Assembly (NCBI GenBank): GCA_964016885.1
Contig: OZ024747.1
Location: 69,316,001 to 69,380,000 of the forward strand
DNA: 64,000 nucleotides
Reading direction: 5' to 3'
Source of the DNA: Eledone cirrhosa
Lineage: Eukaryota
Every line of letters starts with the position of its first letter. Positions within the stretch are counted from its first letter, which is position 1. This document shows positions 12,601-27,814 of the stretch, one piece after another. Made by a program: the position numbers and the translations under genes. The notes beneath the pieces are model-generated. The model saw only the letters and a list, made by a program, of their open reading frames with translations. It searched no databases and had not been told where the DNA came from.

Positions 12601-13615
12601 ATCACACTACCACTACCACACTAACACTACCGCATCACCACTACAACACCACCACTACTACACCACCACTACCACACTAACACTACCACACTAACACTTA
12701 CACTACCACATCACCACTACAACACCACCACTACTACACCACCACTACCACTACCACACTAACACTACCACTACCACACCACCACTACTACACCATCACT
12801 ACCACTACCACACTAACACTACCACATCACCACTACAACACCACCACTACTATACCACCGCTAACACACTACCACTACCACAGTAACACTACCACATCAC
12901 CACTACAACACCACCACTACTACACTACCACTACCACACTAACACTACCACATCACCACTACACCGCCACCACTACTACACCACCACTACCACACTAACA
13001 CTACCACACTAACACTACCACATCGCCACTACAACACCACCACTACTATACCACCGCTAACACACTACCACTACCACAGTAACACTACCACATCACCACT
13101 ACAACACCACCACTACCACACTACCACTACCACATCACCACTACTACACCACCACTACTACACCACCACTACCACACTACCACTACCACACTAACACTAC
13201 CACACTAACACTACCACATCACCACTACAACACCACCACTACTACACCACCACTACCACACTACCACTACCACACTACCACATCACCACTACAACACCAC
13301 CACTACTACACCACCACTACTACACTACCACTACCACACTAACACTACCACATCGTCACTACAACACCACCACTACTACACCACCACTACCACACTAACA
13401 CTCTACCACTACCACATCACCACTACAACACCACCACTACTACACCACCACTACCACACTACCACTACCACACTAACACTACCACATCACCACTACAACA
13501 CCACCACTACTACACCACCACTACCACACTAACACTACCACATCACCACTACAACACCACCACTACTACACCACCACTACAACATCACCACTACAACACC
13601 ACACCATACCACACT
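9620..13615. repeat. gtggtagtggtg-type simple satellite that switches strand near 12310-12335
   Basis: G/T-rich units up to ~12310, complementary cactaccacac units from ~12330 to 13615. Confidence 0.9.
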
Positions 13616-14035
13616 GATGGGGACTCACATTGATGACAATCATAATAGGGTTGACAACATCGGGTGGTTTCCTGCTAGCATGTGTAGTGTGTATATTGAT
13701 ATTATACGCAAGTATATATACATGTAGATATGATACATGTGTAGTGTGTATATTGATATTATACGCAAGTATATATACATGTAGATATGATACATCAAAT
13801 AAAATCGTAATTGACAATATACACAGAAATTGAACGAAGACTGCGTTACACTGTCTTATGTAATCAGTAACGTAATCCATTGACGGAAATATATGACTGT
13901 TTATTTAAGCGATAGCTAACCGGAAGTGTTGACATTTGAAAATTTTAAAGAAGTGAATCTTAAAATAAGCGACACAATTATTTATTTAATCAAGAATAAC
14001 GAAATTTAGTAGATAAATTATGTAATATTCATTCA

Positions 14036-14150
14036 TAATCCCGCCGAGGTCAACTTTGCCTTTCATCCTTACGGGGTCGATAAAATAAAGTACCAGTAAT
14101 GCACTGGTTAATTGCTGGCCTTGTGCCTAAAGTAACAACAATTATTTATT
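14036..14150 (+). mobile_element. SINE 3' two-thirds
   Basis: aatcccgccgaggtcaactttgcctttcatccttacggggtcgataaaataaagtacc. Confidence 0.85.
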
Positions 14151-15845
14151 CAAAGTAATCCAACTTATTTTACAAACGCGATAAAAAAATATATTCTGAT
14201 GACAACAATGTGAACGTTGACAATGATAACGAATCAGCTAAATGAACTAAAAATAATGGCTCATTAATCAAATGTAATGAAAATAAAGATATTTTATTAA
14301 TTTTAAAGAGTTAATTACGATGGAAACTGATATTATTTTAATTCAATTAATATTTATTTTTTCCATTTTAAATAAGTCTAGAATTCCTAGTTTATATCGG
14401 CTGCTGATCCTCTCGCAATCGATAATTTAAGAACTGAAATCATCCCAGAACAACACAGTTTTGTACTTTAGAAGGAGTCCTTGCTAATCGGCTTTTGTTT
14501 AACATACATCAAAATATACTCTTGACAGGTGTAATGTGTCCCAACACGGAAGAGTCGAACTCCCACCGCCATCGCCCCCCTCTCTCTCGCCCTCCCCATC
14601 TTTCTGTATAGTGAGCAAATGGAGTCCTACGTGCTGGCCGCTGCACAGCCCCGGCGGACAGAATGGAGAAGGCGTTTCCCGGAGGATGGTAAGGGAGATG
14701 CGCTGGAAGAGCCTGTTGTGCAGATATGATTTTTACCTGAATGTTTTATAGTTTGGCTGGTAGGTAGAGCACTGGCGAGATTTCCATCCTTTCTCCTATA
14801 CTAAGGAATATTTCTCCTATGTATGTCGTGGTCTACATTGTCTCTCTGTGCACTTTATGCTATATACTACATTTCTAGTTTTACAGTTTATTTGTGGCTT
14901 ACCTTACAGACTAAATAATTTCTGTCAGTATGTAGGGGGTTTTCTAAATGGGTAAATTCTACTGACCAGGAATTATATATTATGGCGATTCCTTTGTTTT
15001 CTCTGCCTTAATTTTTAGTTTTATTTTATCTAAATACCTTCTAAATCTATAAGCCGATTCTTCACTGGATTATTTCCCTTTCAGTCCTGAATAGATTACC
15101 GTTACAGCACTTAAATAAACATAACTATATTCAAAGTCGTTTCAGCCATGGCCATCATATTTGTATATCTAAGATTGCGTTGTCCAATGTGTACTTACTT
15201 TTCTTGTTTTGGGGCGAGATTTAGTTGCTATTTCAAGGAAGCTGAGCAATCACAAAGAAGGTCACTCGTTTACTTTGCGTTAAAGATGGTGATTAGATAA
15301 TAATTGTATATTAATTGGTGACCTGGGAATCAGATATGGGGTAGGGGGTAGGGTGGATGAGTAAATGAGATTTGAGGTGCGATGAATATGATGCAACCAG
15401 TACGTATTTTTGTTAGATAGCAATACAGAGTTAGACATTTTCGGTGTTTCTAAATGTTTGAAACAATTCTATCACCAACATGAACCACAGAATATAGTAA
15501 AACCAAGTATCGATAATAAACTGTATCTAGTAATTTCGCTGCTGAAAATATTTTGCTAGCACAAAGTATTCTAAAATTCATAATAGTTATACTGGAGTCA
15601 AATGTTCGTTTCATTAATAAACTATAGGTTATATATCAGAAGCTGATTATATATAATATAGCTGTAACAATGCCAATACGTCTTTTTGTAGGACATTTTG
15701 GTAATTAATTACTTTAATTAAAGAAAATTCACCAATTACGTAACGTTAATTAGAAGAGGTCGTTTAATTATGTAATATAATACTAATATCTTCTTCGCTG
15801 TTGATTATAGTAAACATGCATCAGAGAAGTGTACTGAATTACAAA

Positions 15846-15879
<34 letters not shown>

Positions 15880-16017
15880 TATATATATACATATATATAT
15901 GTATATATATATATATATGTATGTATATATATATATGTATGTATGTATATGTATATATATATATGTACATATATATATGTACGTATATATATGTATGTAT
16001 GTATATGTATGTATATG

Positions 16018-16129
<112 letters not shown>

Positions 16130-16701
16130 GATATACTAATGGCAATAAATAATTAAAAATGGTCATTGATTATTAATCAAACATGATTAGCAATTAAAAT
16201 GGTATCGAGGGAGAAAGATGTAAGATATAGAGAAGCCATGTCCTATCATCCAAAGCAAGAGGGAGCCTTTGGAAGAGAAGTTGAACACGTGGCAATTGAC
16301 AATTGTAATGTATTAACGAAAGGGTGAAACAATTTCGCTTCATCACTAATATTCCTACGAATGAGACGTATAATAGTTTCTATCAAAAGAAGGTATAAGG
16401 TCATCATACATTTGAGGGGAGGATTTACATGTTTAGCTCGCCTCCAGGTCTCCATATATATTTTATCAACATCGGAAAGAAAATTGGGAAAGATATTCAC
16501 AGCAGGGTTTAAATTCAGGGTGGAAACAGTCAGAACACAAATATTATAATGCCCCGTATCCTCTGGTTCATGACTTGCGAGTCGTACATTTACATACATG
16601 CACACACACACAAATAAATCATATTCATAACCTCACGTCAAATGCCTGTCATAATGTACATTACATTGAGTTCTAAACTTCGAGATGAAGTTATAAGTGA
16701 T

Positions 16702-16788
<87 letters not shown>

Positions 16789-16790
<2 letters not shown>

Positions 16791-17745
16791 TAGACATGAA
16801 AAATGCGCAAGCTCAAAAGTGCCACAGAATGTTATAATAAACCTTCAAAAGTGTGGGACTAGAGTTGTTGCTAAAAAATATTGTAATCATTATATATCGT
16901 ACATTCTGTGGCATCCTTTATAAAAATAGCTTAAACCAACGAAGCCTTTATTTTTACGCTATTTCACTTAGTTAATTCTTAGAGTGTAACATATAAAAAT
17001 ATGATTTACAACTATAAAATAAATTAATTAATATAATAACAGAGCTGCGGAGCTGAAATTTAGGAAATAATGGAGTATCGGATCCTGAGTTGGAGCCAGT
17101 CAATTTTTGGCCGACTCCGCAGCCCTGTATAATACATTTCATATTAAAGTTATTAATAAACCTATTTTACACTTCATGCAAATTACCACGAGATATTGAT
17201 ATTAGATATAAGATACAGCGCAATATCTACAGCTGTAAAAGTACGAAAGCGAAGTAATAATAAGTGGCTTAAGGTAATTCCAATATGAAAGTTTGTAGTG
17301 ATAAAAATTTGATAATGCAATACGATTGTTAATATTATAGTTCTATGAAAATGTAACAATAGATAACTAAATTATTTTACTATTAGTATATTTAAGAAAT
17401 TATCATTATAGATTTGATCGTTCATATAAGCATCATATTAAGTTTCAACACAATTATTTTGTTACTATGAGTATATGATAATAATATTACGTAATTATTT
17501 ATAGCTGTTATTACATTAAACATAGATGTATTTATTTTTATATGTTACACTCTAAGAATTAACTAAGTGAAATAGCGTAAAAATAAAGGCTTCGTTGGTT
17601 TAAGCTATTTTTATAAAGGATGCCACAGAATGTACGATATATAATGATTACAATATTTTTTAGCAACAACTCTAGTCCCACACTTTTGAAGGTTTATTAT
17701 AACATTCTGTGGCACTTTTGAGCTTGCGCATTTTTCATGTCTAGT
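16789..17745. repeat. Inverted repeat with 212-bp arms (16789-17000 and 17534-17745)
   Basis: actagacatgaaaaatgcgc...catataaaaat and its reverse complement; no mismatch seen by eye; left arm abuts (TA)n. Confidence 0.95.
17040..17127. mobile_element. 88-bp hAT-like MITE
   Basis: TIRs cagagctgcggag / ctccgcagccctg; 8-bp TSD-like flanks tataataa / tataatac. Confidence 0.7.
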
Positions 17746-18337
17746 TTAATATTTTTTTAAGGCAACGCTTGTAATAACTCTAGTTAAACAGGATATATAT
17801 TAATAATAAATTATCGTTGTAATGTAATTAGATTATGTAATTGTTATTATAAATTATCTTATAAATATTAGTGTAAGATGTATACAAATATTTTCAGACT
17901 TTTAATATAAACAACTACAAAAAACAATCAATATTAAATCAATATATTATACATAATAGAAAACATAAAATATACAATACAAAAACAAAATATTTACATA
18001 CAATTGCAATTATCAGTGTATATACATTTTCTTTATATTCCCTGAGCAAATTAATAAGATTTGTTTTTATTGTACATAATTTGATGACTTGTTGGAGTGT
18101 ATTAAAAGATAGCAACAATTTGTGATTAAATTGTTATCTTAAGCAACTCACTTTTTAATAGTTGTTGGCTGAGCGAAATTGTAAAAGCCTATGAGCAAAT
18201 ATAAAAAAAAATACACAAACAACATTTCCTTGTGTTATTACAACATTAGATAAAATAATTGAGCAATGTCGTTATATTTTGCTCTTATTGCACATTAATA
18301 GTGTTTCTATTTTTCGGCACAAATCCATTACGGCAGT

Positions 18338-18465
18338 CCATTACTGGTACTTTATTTTATCGAATTAGTAAGTATGAAAGTCGAAGTTAACCTCGGCAGG
18401 ATTTGAACTTAGAATGCAAAGGACCATAACAATACTGCAAAGCATGGTGTCTGACGCTCTACCAA
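18338..18465 (-). mobile_element. SINE, diverged
   Basis: cattactggtactttattttatcga...gttaacctcggcaggatttgaactt...tctgacgctctacc is the reverse of the family consensus. Confidence 0.75.
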
Positions 18466-18859
18466 TACTTGTGTTGAGCTGGTCATTAATTTATGGTGGT
18501 CGTGCGTGGAGTAGAGCAATCGCTAGTTGAAATATTATGAACAAAACATTTTTATTTGCCGAAGAACATATTTTCAATACTGTTTGTGAATGTGACGAAG
18601 GAAATACATTCTGATATGGAACAGTGTACAAAGTGTGTCTGTGAATAACATAATGTTACCTCATGTTGTTGTCAAGACATAATGGATTTCGTATATCCAG
18701 TTAGAAGATGAAACCTAGCCATCTCGGATTAGTTATATTTCATGCCATGTGTAAACGTGTTTGAGGATAGCAAAATATGCGCGTTAATTATAATAATTAG
18801 TTAATAATATTACAAAATATACCTAATTAAACTCTTTGCTTGAAATTTTATCATTCTTC

Positions 18860-18952
<93 letters not shown>

Positions 18953-19736
18953 GAGAGAGAGATTTATCTAGTCCTTCGCTCAAGATTAATCTATAAGTTT
19001 AGATGTTTGCCTTCGTTTAAGTAAATATTACAGTAAGATTTTTAATATAAACAACTACAAAAAACAATTAATATTAAAACGAAAAAATTATCAATGATAA
19101 AAGAAGCGGATGCAACTTTTTTTTTTATAAAGTTATATTCCTGTTTCTTTAAAGAACATTTCATTTTTGTTCTATTGTAGGCGAAATAATGCAATGGTTT
19201 AATAGGGAAGATATAACTTACGAATTATGTCTCTAACCGTGTAACGCTTTTTAAGTAGATAACTACAATTGAAAATACTAAAGAAATGGAACCAACAATT
19301 CAATTTGAAAGTCGTCTAGTGACAGTGTATTACTGGTACTTTATTTTATCGACCCCGTAACGATGAAAGGCAAAAATGCAAATGCTTAATATTTAAATTG
19401 CCTTAATTCTATCGTCTGCTGTTTCATTAAAGGGAGATTATCGTCTGTATTTAATTCTATCGTCTACTGTTCCACTAAACAGATATACCTCCACTATCGT
19501 CTCTATTTATACATTTTAACTTATAACTTATACACATTTGATTTGAAATATTTTATCTAGTCCCCCCTCTCAATATTATGATGATTTCTTTCGAATGAAA
19601 CAGTTCTAGTCCTGTAGAAGCCATTTATATATATAATTGAACTGAGTTAAAAATTCACAATATTTATAATTAAATAAGCTCATATATATATGTGTGTATT
19701 TATCTGTTTATTGTATTATATATAATGTGTGTATAT

Positions 19737-19800
19737 ACAGGATGTCCCCCCAAAATATATACACACTTCAACAGCATTCTAATAACTATTGCCTGTACAG
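19737..19800. mobile_element. Tc1/mariner-type terminal fragment
   Basis: TA followed by caggatgtccccccaaaa, resembling CAGGGTGTCC TIRs; no partner end found. Confidence 0.35.
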
Positions 19801-20380
19801 GTAATCAAAGTGTCAATCGAATGTTAGTTTCGTGTTTTAACAGTACAAATTTACAATACACACATAAAACCAGTGTATATACATACATGAGTGTGTATAC
19901 ACATACATGAATGTGTATATACAATATATATGTATATATATATAGACACATATATTCACGGTGCAACGGTACATTAAAATATAGATGCGGGAGAGGGGGG
20001 GGGGGGTGTATATATAGGGGCGCTGGGGATAAAGGAGTGTAAAGCGTGTGTAATTGATATATTGAAGGAGAGGAGCGTGCAGCGATAGAGTAACAAATAT
20101 ATAGAGAGGGGGAGAGATGGTATTGAAGGGGAGGAGTGCAAAGCGAAAGAGTAAGAGATATATATAGAGACGGAACAGATAAAGAGAAACAGGCGTAAGT
20201 AACAGTGGAAGAGATATAGAGAGAGGTACTCTGATTGGTTGAAAATTAGCCAATGACATACGATCACCACCACCACGGCTATCCCCGAAAAATTTTTAAA
20301 GAAGCTAGGCATATATGTTAGAACACGAAAAGTGAACATTCTGTTGTTTCACACTTTTCGTGTTCTAACAGATATATATA

Positions 20381-20574
20381 TAGGAACGAGTAGAACCCCG
20401 ACGGCTGAGCTCAAGCCGTTTCGACGGCTAATTCTTAGTCCAGAATTAGCCGTCGAAACGGCTTGAGCTCAGCCGTCGGGGTCCTACTCGTTCCTATTAC
20501 CCACTCTACTACCCTAAGTATTGAGTACTTTGGTGCGTTATGGTCCACCTGGTTCCTTACCACATTTCCTCCGT
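20381..20574 (+). mobile_element. Palindromic half-hammerhead element
   Basis: 55-bp arms (20381-20496, loop tagtcc, one mismatch) plus a unique 78-bp tail; GAAA-cggct-tgagctc-agccg-TC motif at 20455-20477; (TA)n on both sides. Confidence 0.85.
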
Positions 20575-20602
20575 TATATATATATATATATAAATATGTA
20601 TA

Positions 20603-20664
20603 GAGTAATAATAAATTTGAAGACTAAAATCCATTCTTTGCTTAAACATTAATCTGTTATTTTA

Positions 20665-20666
<2 letters not shown>
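20603..20666. mobile_element. Short B/A Penelope-end composite
   Basis: gagtaataataaatttgaagactaaaatcc joined to attctttgcttaaacattaatctgttattttaat. Confidence 0.7.
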
Positions 20667-20706
<40 letters not shown>

Positions 20707-20717
20707 GTATGTATGTA

Positions 20718-21023
20718 CAATTGTCCTCCGGTATTCGCGAGGGTTACGTTCCTACAGCACTCGCGAAGAGTGAAAAACCACTCAAATTGGACGCGGTCCA
20801 TAAAAGTGCCTAACGTAAAATATAATACAAAAAAGAGGGGCGTCTTATGCAAACGGGCGTCTAATAGTCCAGCAAATACGGTATATTGCTATTAATAATT
20901 TGCCACGGAAAAGCCATAAAAAATCGTAGAAGATATTTACGATTCTGCGAATATGCTGGGGTTTTAACGAACAATTATTAGTTAGGTTCCAAGGAAAATA
21001 CCGCGAATGCTGGGGGCAAACTA
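20718..21023. mobile_element. pogo/Tigger-like MITE
   Basis: TA-caattgtcctccggtattcgcg ... ccgcgaatgctgggggcaaacta-TA: imperfect TIRs with TA flanks. Confidence 0.65.
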
Positions 21024-21228
21024 TATATATATAACATGCCTTAACTGAACGGCATATAACATTCGATCACCCGGAAAGAGCATTAAACCGATTTCAACGT
21101 TACTTAACAGCAATAGCACATCGTCTAGACAACCAAATGCAAGTTGAAGGTGGCTGCAATTTTCAAACATTTGATCGTTGGAGGGTGGAAAAACCTTTGG
21201 AAGGATCATGGTAATTATTCGATTATTT

Positions 21229-21309
<81 letters not shown>

Positions 21310-23116
21310 TATATATACAGGTTTGTCATATTTTCCTGAGTTCAGTTTTTTTCGTCGCTTTGGTCACTGCGGCTCGTCTATCGGTCGCTGTCTTTAATTT
21401 GCAAAGCTGTCTAAACGTAATGTTATAACTCTAAGGTAATATACCTTATTGAGTGCTTAGCTGCACACCCCGATTGCATTCGTTAGCTTAGCTGCAGCCA
21501 GAGCTTCGATTATGCTGTACTAAATGTTATATATATATATAGGAAGATGTGTGAAATCCTTGGTACAGTGAGGTAAATTTGAAAAAAGGAAAAGAATGAC
21601 TTCACTTGTAGTTCTAAACAATTTAATATATTACAATTTTACAATTTTGTTATGTAGATCTACAATGTAAAATTCTAATATTGTAAAATTAAATTGTTTA
21701 GTACGGCAAGTGAAGTCATTCTTTTCCCTTTTTCATATATATGAAAAAGGGAATATATATATATATATATACACACACGTGTGTGCGTGTATCTGTGTCT
21801 GTCTGTCAGTATGTGTATCTTCCCCCACGATGAAAATTAATAGTGGTTGTAGTATTTGTGTTAGTGTAGACACAGGTCAACACTGATTAAAAACGAACTA
21901 CGTTCAAATATGATTTCATTCGTGACCATACCAGTATTATATATCTCAAGGAAAACATTATCCACGCCTCCTTTTTGTTTTTTAAAATTGCAATGCTTGA
22001 TTTGAGAGATATTTAGTTGCTATTTCTAGTCGTTTCAGTAACTATTTAGAGACTCCTTTGTTGGTTCATATGTTTATTTTTAACTAAAATATTTACTAGA
22101 TATTTTGAGTCCTAATCCGTCCTAACCCTGATAATCCCGCCTATTAATGTAAATCTAAAACTACATTTCATTTCTGTCAATCTTTTTATTAGATTGTTCT
22201 TGAGACATGGCCTGAACATAAGGTTAACAGGCTCTCCTATATCTCAGAAGGAGCAGGTTGTGAGTTGAGCGTGAATAGGCTGATGTTTCTTGTAATCCAC
22301 GTGACCGTATAAAGATTCCTCCTTATATACTGCAATGCCAATTCAACCCACATTGTACCTTCCCTTTGAAATTGTCGGAGTGTAAGAAAGTTTTTATATT
22401 ACACGAAATTTACGTGAAAGAAAAGCTTTCTTTATTGATGGCAATTTCCTTTAACTTCTCTTTCTCCTTTACAGGTAGTTTTCAAAGTCATCACACAGAC
22501 TATAATAGCATAAATACTTTGATTGTAACAACCTTATGCCTCTGTTGTAAAACTTATTCGTTTTATTATCCGCCTGAGAATCAACGAGCTCTGTTTGAAA
22601 AGCTGCAAGATATTTGCAAATGTCTTCTCATGAATTGCTATTTCAAAGATTTATCTGCTTAAATCTTTCTCAGGGTGAAATATCCATATCATATTTGATA
22701 TCTTTCAATTCCAAAACAAAGCGAATTACCAAAGTTGCAATTATGCAATGAATGCTTCTAAAGTAAATTAATTTAACAAATTATGCAACTTTTACAGTTT
22801 CTTGTCACTTTATAATGTAGGATTTCCATTAAATTTCAGAGTAGAATGTGAACACGTTGTCATTTGTGAATTTGCTAATTAATTTTACTGAAATGTTTAT
22901 GAGCATTCCGGAAGGAAATTTTAAAAACTGCAAAGAGGTTGTGTAATTGGTGCCGTCTTATGAAAGACTGATTGTTATTTGTTTTTATGCTTATATATTT
23001 ATGGCAACGTATAGAAGTTAATATTTGCTGGGTGGTTACATTTGTAAATTTAATCAAACTTCGACTAAACACATTATCATTAGATTCTACCCAACATCTT
23101 CGCCGTCACATCACAG

Positions 23117-23181
<65 letters not shown>

Positions 23182-24894
23182 ATTTTCATTCATAAGTTAT
23201 TGGTCGAGCCAAGGCTACAGTAGAGGACGTTTTGGCAAGGTGGCAAGATGTGGATGCAAAGCAAAGTCTTTCACCACACAATGTTTATCAATGGTAAATA
23301 TTAGCTGTTTCGATCAACTTTGCCTTGCACACTTCGCACTCGATAACTTAGATTACCTATCACGAACTGGAATCCACATAATAGATAGTTCCCTCCCCAA
23401 ATGTGTGGGGTACTGTCTATGTTAGAAATGATCATATGAATATGACTATGAAAACTCAAAATTAACAAGAAATTAATAAATTAAATGTTAAAAAATTATA
23501 TATTAATCAATCAACAAGAAAAAAATGTATTATTTCCTTTTACATAACCTAATAATATAAAATTATTATGTTTGCTACTTTGAAAATAATAACAAAATAA
23601 ATAAATAAATAAATAAATAATTATATAAATAAATAAATGAATAAATAAGCTTACATTTTAAAGAAGACACGATTGAAGCTGTAAAGTTTAAATACGGGTA
23701 TCTACCATAAATTTATTGAATGAATGCCTAAAAACAATCTGTATTATTTTGTATCAAGCAGGATCAGTCTTAAATAAACTTAAATATATCTAAATATAAG
23801 AATGAAAAGAATGAATGCAAATGGTTAAAAAATAAAACAAAATAACACTGATTTAGAGTGCATATTAAAAAATAACAAGAAAAGTGAAATCTATTTTCTA
23901 GAAAAGCTTAAATTATGTATGATTGAATTTTGAAAAACATTTAGCGTAGCAGAAATTTTCACATGAAAATCCATTTCTCTATTGCGTTGTTTATAAGACT
24001 TTGTTTAAAGTCTCTGAATCAAGGGGGAAATGTTTGAAAAAGGGTGAAAAAAAGTAAATATCAAGCATATGAAAGAAAAAAAAACAAAAACAATAACAGC
24101 TAAAATAAGACTATATAATTATTCTCGAATGTATTAAAAAATAGAACAACAAAACAAATAAAAAAAACTTGTGAAGAGTATTAGTTGCAAAAAGACTCAA
24201 GCGAAGCTTAAGATAGTGTATTTATTATTTTTTAAAAATTCTATTTTTACAAACAGATTTTCTTAAGATTGAAAAATATCTTATAAAGAATCAGTGAAGT
24301 GGAAATTTATCTGTTGAAAGTAATGCAGTATTCCAAAAGGTCATAGCCATCTCTCTTCTAACCCCAATCCTCTCATATTTTGCCTTCTTTTTTTCTCCCC
24401 TTTCCCTCTCTCTCTCTATAACAAATCTATCACATTTTCGTACTGCGTTCACTACATTCTTTATTTAAAAACACGATGAAAAACAACGACTGCAAGTTTT
24501 AAATAAACAACATTTTAAAACTTGGGAATTTTCTTTAAAAATCTATTTAACTATGAAGAAAACCATCTCATTTCATGTGCTGAATAGATGCAAAGGGTGT
24601 CGGGGAGTGATGACAAGGTTGAGCATTATGACACGTGGTGGGGGTCAGCCATTTTTACAGAGAATATTCGCAAATCCCTTTTCCTGTTTTTACTAAATAA
24701 TCCGCTCGATTACATTTACTATATATTGTGTTGTTGAAATGAATTCTTTCTTAGTCTACATTCTCTTTTTCTCCTTCTCCTTCCATACAGGTTCATCTTA
24801 GTTTTCTTCGTCTCTTGTTTATATTGAAAACAATTGAAGCATACTTTTCCAAACGTCCTATTAATCCAACCATCTTCTCGCCACATACACTCAC

Positions 24895-24992
<98 letters not shown>

Positions 24993-25475
24993 GATGTATG
25001 TATATTATATATTTATGTATGTATGTATAAATATATATATTTATGTATGTATATGTATGTATATATATATATATGTTTATGTATGTATATGTATGTATAT
25101 ATATATATATGTTTATGTATGCATATATATTTATGTATGTATATATATATATATATTTATATATGTATATATATATATATTTATATATGTATATATATAT
25201 ATATATTTATATATGTATATATATATATATTTATGTATGTATATATATATATATATATTTATGTATGTATATATATATATATATTTATGTATGTATATAT
25301 ATATATTTATGTATGTATGTATATATATATATTTATGTATGTATGTATAAATATATATATTTATATATGTATATATATGTATGTATATATATATATGTAT
25401 GTTTATATGTATGTATATATATATGTATGTTTATATGTATGTATATATATATATATATTTATGTATGTATGTATA

Positions 25476-25514
<39 letters not shown>

Positions 25515-25604
25515 GTATGTATATATATATATATATATATTTATGTATGTATATATATATATATATATTTATGTATGTATATATATATATAATATATATA
25601 TATG

Positions 25605-25644
<40 letters not shown>

Positions 25645-25842
25645 TGTATGTATATATATGTCTATGTATATATATGTATGTATATATATTTATGTATGTA
25701 TATATATATATATATATATTTATGTATGTTTGTAAATATATATATATATTTATGTATGTTGATATATATATATATATATATATTTATGTATGTATATATA
25801 TATATATATATATTTATGTATGTATATATATATATATGTATG

Positions 25843-26005
<163 letters not shown>

Positions 26006-26222
26006 TTATGTATGTATAAGAATATATATATATATACATTTATGTATGTATATATATATATATATATATATATGGCAAGTAAGTATGTTTTGAAACAGTG
26101 AGCAGGTTTGAAATTAGAAAATAGAATACTCATCTTTTTCCATTTATCTGAGGGTTCTAAACCCCATTATCAGGCTAAAATTCCTTTAGTCAAAAATACG
26201 GTGAAAGCTATTCTATATATAC

Positions 26223-26288
<66 letters not shown>

Positions 26289-26923
26289 TTATGTATGTAT
26301 ATATGTATATATATATATATATATATATGTACATATAACGGCGATGAATTAGTTTTGCGAGGTTTTTGATATGAAATCGTGTGTCGAAACAAATATTGTT
26401 ATACTAAGAGAAGTATAAATAAATAAATAGATAAATAAATAAATAAATACACACACAAGCACAATAACAACAAACACATATAAACACACACTAGTAAAGA
26501 TAGAATACATTAACCAATACACAGTCACCCAATCACGAACACACATCAAACAAAACACTATACACACACGCAAACTCATGCGCAAAGAAGACAAAATAAA
26601 ATAAACAAATAAATAAATATATAAACAGACTAAATAAAGATGGCGTAGAAAATACAATGCAACGGGAGGAAACAATAGCACCACTGACGATGTTGCAGAT
26701 GTGCAACGAAAGAACTTTGATAAACTATATATATGTGTTTGCGTCTATATTGTATCTGTATTATTTTTGACCGTTGGTCAGTCAATGGCAACATTGAGGA
26801 CCGAATAAATTAGATTACCGATATAAAAGACACAGAAGTGAAAAGTGAAAAATCAACCAAACAGTGAGTGTGTTCTGTTATTAATTCTGGCAATATTACA
26901 CAAATATGACCCTCCCCAAGTAT

Positions 26924-27001
<78 letters not shown>

Positions 27002-27042
27002 ATGTACATATGTATATATAATTGTTTGTATATATATATACA

Positions 27043-27077
<35 letters not shown>

Positions 27078-27529
27078 ACAAGAATGCATGTTTATGTATG
27101 TATGTGTGCATGGAAGTGTATATGTGAGTATGAGTTATGCACGTGTTTATACCTGCCTTTATTTGAAAAGCCGATTGTTAAAAACACATGTTTTGAAATA
27201 ATGTTAAGATGGAATGGACGAGTGGGTTAGTTATTGGAAACAAAACAGAGGTTGTATGCTTAAATCTGCTGTAATATATTTCTGGAATACACACGTTATT
27301 CTATATTTTCTACCTCTGTTTGCAATTGGTACCCGACCGTTTTGAGAATGGTAATTACGGGTTGCCTAGGTTTGTTTTTCACTTAAAACGAAACTAAACA
27401 CCAACTTTTCAGAAACCATAGATGGTGTGGACATGAAAAGTAGGTGTGTAACGTTCATTACGGGGTCGATAAAATAAAGCACCAGTAATGCACTGGGGTT
27501 ATTGCTGGCTTTGTGCCAAAAGTAGAAAC

Positions 27530-27568
<39 letters not shown>

Positions 27569-27733
27569 GAATTAGTGTATCTACCAACATATGTATACAG
27601 ATGCATACCTATGCTAGCAAATATATATGTTTTGTCTTAGTAACTTTGCGGTTCTATGTAAGGGGATGCAGAACAATTATATGAAAGACGTAAATAAGAA
27701 AATTATGAAAATCGACTTACTTACTAAAATTTC

Positions 27734-27814
27734 ACTCCAACTAATTAGTTTCTGTAAGGGAATAAATATGGTTACGGAGCGTACGCACAGACAAACCTTA
27801 CGTCATCAGGGAGT
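27734..27814 (-). ncRNA. Type I hammerhead ribozyme, long stem II
   Basis: Minus strand: actcc-CTGATGA-cgtaagg...ccttaca-GAAA-ctaattag-TT-ggagt; stem I actcc/ggagt, palindromic stem III, GUU triplet. Confidence 0.8.

Noticed and set aside
13679-13795. 57-bp tandem duplication
   Set aside because: Ordinary local slippage with no further structure
16246-16611. 121-aa minus ORF with a faint L1/Tx1 RT-like stretch and a gtgatga..gaaa motif
   Set aside because: No YADD motif, and helices do not close a hammerhead
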